Below are positions 58,981-64,000 of a stretch of 64,000 bases of DNA, in pieces. Numbering within the stretch: the stretch's first letter is position 1; every line of letters begins with the position of its first letter. Location of the stretch: NCBI RefSeq assembly GCF_009914755.1, contig NC_060929.1. One strand, given 5' to 3'. This stretch comes from the human T2T-CHM13v2.0 reference genome, Homo sapiens. Made by a program: the position numbers and the translations under genes. The notes beneath the pieces are model-generated. The model saw only the letters and a list, made by a program, of their open reading frames with translations, was not told the origin of the DNA and made no database searches.

Positions 58981-59976
58981 GGAGAAATCCATTGCTGTTA
59001 GGACTCAAGGTTTTAGGGCCTTAGGATAGCCCCAGTCAAAAGGTAGGCATCTTTGCAAGGGGCTATCTCTCTTATCAGTTTGTTAATAAGTATTCATTCA
59101 GCAAATAGTTCTGGGAAACTTGATGTTCACAGTGCACTGTGCATGAGCACATAGAGATCCCAGTAACTGCACTTAGAATGCTCAGAGACCAATGGAAGAG
59201 GACACAAAGTTAATATGGGTGCCACTGGTGGTATCTAAAGGATTGAAGGTGTTGTATGAATACATCTAAACATGTTAACTATTGTGTATTACATTCTTTT
59301 TTGACATGGGATACTAGTTTTTCACTTAGAGTATATAATAATGACACTATATACAATAAAGTATATAGTAAAATTAAGTTTATAAGATAAAACTATTTCA
59401 CTTCAAAAAGTAAGTTGATGTAAACAAATATAAGAAGTAAGTAGTAGAAATGGTAGGCAGAGTGAAAATCCTGGAAGGGGTACATGAATGACTGAAGTTT
59501 AGGAAATGCTGCATTTTAGGTAGAAGGATAGTAATGTTATACCAAATATAGTTCATTAAAATAGCGGAGAGGCCAGTGAACTCAACCTGGGAGAGTAGGC
59601 AAGTTTCACAGAGGAAGCAGGAGACTTCCTCCCTCTTCTTCCCCACTAATAATATAAACATCATGGGAAGAACACTCACCTGTATAGAGTGCCCACACGT
59701 TCTCAGTGCTTTATATACTTTATATACTTTGACTCATTTAATTCTCATAACAACCCTGTGAGGTGAGATGAACACCATCCTCATTAGATGAGGAAATCAA
59801 AGTCACAAAGCTAGTAGGAAGGAGGATTGAGCCCAGGCAGCCCATTCTGAACTCTAGCTCCAAACCGGTATTCCATCATCTGGACCTGGTTACGAAGTAT
59901 AGCAAGTGGTTATAACGAGGGCTTGGAGAAGATGTCTGAGGTGTGTGTGTGTGTGTGCGTGCATGTATAGGCTTGA

Positions 59977-60153
59977 CAGGACTGGCTACATGATTTGGGG
60001 GACCCAGTGCAAAATAAAAATGCGGGACCCTCTTGTTCAAAAAAAACATTAAGAATTTAAAAATGGTGACAACACAACATTAAGTTAAACATGGGGCCCT
60101 TCTAAGCTCGGTGCTCTGTCTGTGCACAGGCTGCCATCCACGAAGCGGGCTCT
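59977..60153. mobile_element. MER45A hAT-Tip100 element
   Basis: caggactggctacatgatttgggggacccagtgcaaaataaaaatgcgggaccc..ttgttcaaaaa...tgcacaggctg..atccacgaagcgggctct. Confidence 0.75.
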
Positions 60154-61719
60154 AGGACTATAGGTAAGATGAAAAGGGATGCAAAAAAGACAAAGGATGG
60201 ATTCCAAGACTGTGCATCTCTCTCTCTCTCTTTTTTTTTTTTTAAATAACTGACCTGAGGAGCTGTTGTTATAAAGCAGTTTTCTCCTGGGCCTTTGCCT
60301 TTTGAGGAGAAAGAAACCTCTTCTCCACAAACACTAAACCCGATAAGGAAGGTTCCAATACTGAGATGACTTCAGAGACCTTAACACAGCTCCAAATGTC
60401 AATATACCTTCAACAGGCTCTGCAAATAAGAGTCCTGTGGGTAATTACATTTTTAATAAAATACAGTTTGCAGATTGATAGTCAAATAGATTCCCTGTCC
60501 TGGAAGCCCGATTTTTCTTCCTAGTCCTGCCACTGCACCCTACTCATGCTGTTCCCTCGTACAAATCCTTCATAATTGGGAAAAGAGTTGTTCATTAACT
60601 TAAACCTTCTGATACTTTCAGTTCCTGCTAATGCATTGTGTGAAAGAGCTTAATGTTATGAAAATTGCCATGTATTGCCTCATTTTCATATTGTACCTGT
60701 TTAATGAAATGAAATAGAAATAAATTATTGTTGGACTTTGTTGGTAGCTACAGACCACAATGATAAATAATCATATGTATGAAGTTTTAATTGAAATTTT
60801 CACAGACAATGCACATGCGTGGTGTTTTATTAAACAATCTTGATACATGAGATACTAGATTTATACAATGTATTTCAGGAATCATTATTTACTTTTCAAG
60901 GTGATTTTTAGCTTTGCAAAAGCATTTGCTATAGGTTTCTTTTAAAGAACAGCTTCTTTAGATAGATTTGAAAGAGACTTTCATTTCAGAAGGAATCAAT
61001 TTATACACAATTGTTTAGGATGCCCACTTTGTGTAGAGCAAGGTACACCTGTATTCCCCTGGAAAAGAAGTAATGTGCCTCTGAATTCTGTGTTGTTTTG
61101 TGTTTAGGACTGGAACTGGCTTCAGCATCCAACTTTCATTTCACTAATTCTGCATTTATGAGTCCTATTATGAGTGGCTTTTGATCTGAACAAATATGCA
61201 GTATTGTCAAATTAATGCCTGTTTTTAAAAAAATTCCTTTTCATAAAACATGCCATCTGTGGGACAATAAGGAGCTTCTCTGGTGAATTCTTCTTGTAGA
61301 GTGGTGATTGTCAGAAGCGAGTAAACATTCACAGACTTTAAAAGAGCAATACTTTTTAGAAGGAAACTGAACTGGTTTCTTAGTGCCCCCTGCAGGGAAA
61401 ATATGCATATTTCTATAAACAGGATAATTGTCAGGTTCACTGGATTTCATTCCTTGTCTAACACAATACCTGACACATAATACGTTGGCAATAATGGATA
61501 AGTGCATGACTGAGTCAAGGAGACATTGCTCTAGAATATCTCAGAGAGTGAGATAGTAACCAATTATTTGAAACCAAATAAATTGAGTCAAAATTTCCAA
61601 ACAACGAATTTTCTGTTATACATATGAAGATGTGGTCATAAATAGGCTCACAAGATATCAGACAAAGGTGCTTATAGGTTTAAAGCTAATCTAGTCCAAC
61701 CTTGAGCCAGTAATAACTC

Positions 61720-61975
61720 ATGGTGATGATGATGATGATGATAATGGTGATGATGATATAAATGCCATTCATTGAGCACCTACTACTGTAGACTGTTTAT
61801 ACATGTCACCTAATTCCATCCTCACCCTAACTTTGCAAGATAGAGATTATTATACTCCTTTTACAGATTGGGAAATGGACACTCAGAAAGGTGAAGTAAA
61901 TTTCATCAAGGCCACACAGTTAGTAGCTGGCATGAATTTTTTTGGCTCCAAAGTCCACATTCATTTTCCTTACCA
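61720..61975 (-). mobile_element. (GAT)n microsatellite and adjacent antisense MIR
   Basis: gatgatgat...cattcattgagcacctact...ttttacagattgggaaatggacactcagaaaggtgaagtaa. Confidence 0.75.
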
Positions 61976-63049
61976 TATGATCTCTACACAAGATCCTAGA
62001 GCTTGCCAGTGGCTGGGGCAATATCAGTGTTCCTGGTTCTGTGTCAGGCTGCTACCAGAAACTCAGACAAAAGGGCAAAAGAAATGCAAATCAGCATGCT
62101 TCAAAAGATATATTTTAATTGTAACAATCAAGGGTCAGAGAATGGGGGCATTGGCCATCCTCAGGGTCTTTTGCAAACTCATCAAATGGATTAGGGTTGT
62201 TCATGGGATATTTGGAGTGATCAGGGTGAGATGAACCAATATAGACAAAAAAGCATACAATTTGCAGTTATGAACTTCATTTTAAATTATGAATTGACAA
62301 CTCATTAGCTGTATGAGCTTGAGCAAATCCCATATTCCCTTTGAATTTGCCTCCTCATTTACAAAATGGGAGCAGGATGCTTTACAAATATCTACCTGAC
62401 ACAGTGGTTATGATATTAAATGAAACCGTGTCTAGGAATGTTTTCTAGACCAAAATATGGTTTCGTGCATTCTTTGTCTTCATCACTTGCATTTCTTTTC
62501 TAAAAATTTTATAGTTTTTGGTTTTTGCTTTGTTTTATAGACATTTTAAGTTTTTCTTGTGTGCTTTCTTTGATTGCTTTAATGACAAGCAGTGATTTCC
62601 CCTTTATAATTGGAACAAGTGTAATTTGTTATGAAGTTTATTGAAGTTGGAAAATTATGTTAGGCAACTGGATTATAAAAATCATTTGCACAGAAGAGGT
62701 TGGAGGGAATAAGTTTAACAATAGTAGATGTGAAAAAGTCTTTGGAATGTCAGCTGATGGTAAGCTCAGTGGGAGCCAGGGCAAAGTCAGCTGGGTTAAT
62801 TAATGGGTACTGAGTGCCCAGAACAGAGGAGATAACAGTACCTGAGCTAGTGTCAGCCAACACTGTGAATATGCAATTACTAGAGTTTCACTTTCAAAGG
62901 AGTGTTGTTTCACATCCTTGCCAATACTCAAGAGTCATCAGTCTTTAATTATACCTATGTTAGTGGGTAAAAAATGGTATCTCTCTGTGGTTTTAGTTGC
63001 ATTTTCCAAAAATTACTTTTTCCCCGGTCCTGGGTGTTTCAGATTCCTG

Positions 63050-63830
63050 AAAATTAAATATACACCACCCCATAAACCCAGTTATTCCACTTCTGGATAT
63101 TTAGTCAAGAGAAATGAAACATACCTTCAAACAAAATGTATAAAAGAATGTTCATAGTAGCTTTATTCAAAACAGCCCCAAACTGGAAATAGTCAAATGT
63201 TGATCCACAGGAGAATAGAAATTATGGTATATTTTGGTATATTTCCACTATAGAATAACAATAAATAAATAAATAAACAGAGCAATAAAAATGGAAAGAA
63301 CTTTAGGCAATACCTGACTTATAATTGTACATGTTATGATTCTTTCACTTTACATGGTGTGAAAGCAACACCATTCAGTAGAAACTGTACTTCTCTCGAG
63401 AGTCTGGGCAGTGGTGGTGAGCTGCAGCTCCATCAGCCACGCATATTTTGACTTACTTCGAAGGATTTACTGGGATGTAATTCCATTGTAAGTGGAAGAG
63501 TATCTGTACTGTAATTTATAACAACATGAATGAATCTCAAAAACATTATGCTGAGTTAAAGAAGCCAGAGACAAAAGAGTGCTTACTGTGTGATGATAGG
63601 AAAAACTCATCTATGGTGATAGAAATCAGATCAGTGGCTCTCTACGGGGTGTTCTCTGGGAAAGGACACCAGGGAACTTTCTGAGGTGATGGGGATATTC
63701 TGTAATTTTATCTGGGTGTGGGTTTCATAGGTATGGTGTGTATGTGTTGTTAAAACTCATCACATTGTAACACGTAAAGTCTGTGCTATTTGTTTTATGT
63801 AAGTTATACCGCAATAAAGTCGATTTATAA
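63050..63830 (+). mobile_element. old L1M (MB/MC/ME) 3' end interrupted by MER47
   Basis: aagaatgttcatagtagctttattc..cccaaactggaaa...acaacatgaatgaatctcaaaaacattatgctgag...gttataccgcaataaag. Confidence 0.8.
63305..63508. mobile_element. MER47A / Tigger5-derived TcMar element
   Basis: cattcagtagaaactgtactt...gagctgcagctcc.tcagccac...gggatgtaattccattgtaagtggaagagtatctg|ta. Confidence 0.7.
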
Positions 63831-64000
63831 AGTAAAAAAACAAAGAGATCATAAAATATTTTATTTATAAAATAAAAAACCAAAGAGGGCCTTTTGTCTC
63901 TTGAAGAATCTTGGAGCCTTCCTACAGGAAGAGTCTAAAAACCAAGCCCAAGGAAGAGAGACAGAGAGAAGGCAGGAGAGCCAACTCCCTAGAGTGGAAG

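Overview
Primate (very likely human) non-coding genomic DNA, repeat-rich, with no intact protein-coding gene that I can support. It holds about 20 Alus (FAM/FRAM, J, S and Y ages), several L1 fragments including a twin-primed (5'-inverted) young L1PA3-like insertion at 36.0-38.6 kb, ERV/MaLR solo LTRs (LTR12, two LTR1, MER39, MST, MLT1, MLT2), old DNA transposons, MIR/L2 remnants and a minus-strand RPL6 processed pseudogene interrupted by an Alu. Almost all ORF-track entries are repeat-derived or chance ORFs. I do not see a new biological system. The most unusual signals are two local, same-orientation copies of about 140-160 bp with junction microhomology (15200-15357 matching 15852-16009; 33087-33227 matching 35454-35594), a TSD-less Alu inside the RPL6 retrocopy, several well-formed + strand splice cassettes that may belong to a spliced non-coding transcript, an LTR12 promoter with 8 intact CCAAT boxes, and a good CTCF motif. 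Repeat subfamily calls are by eye from remembered consensus features, and boundaries of old elements are approximate.
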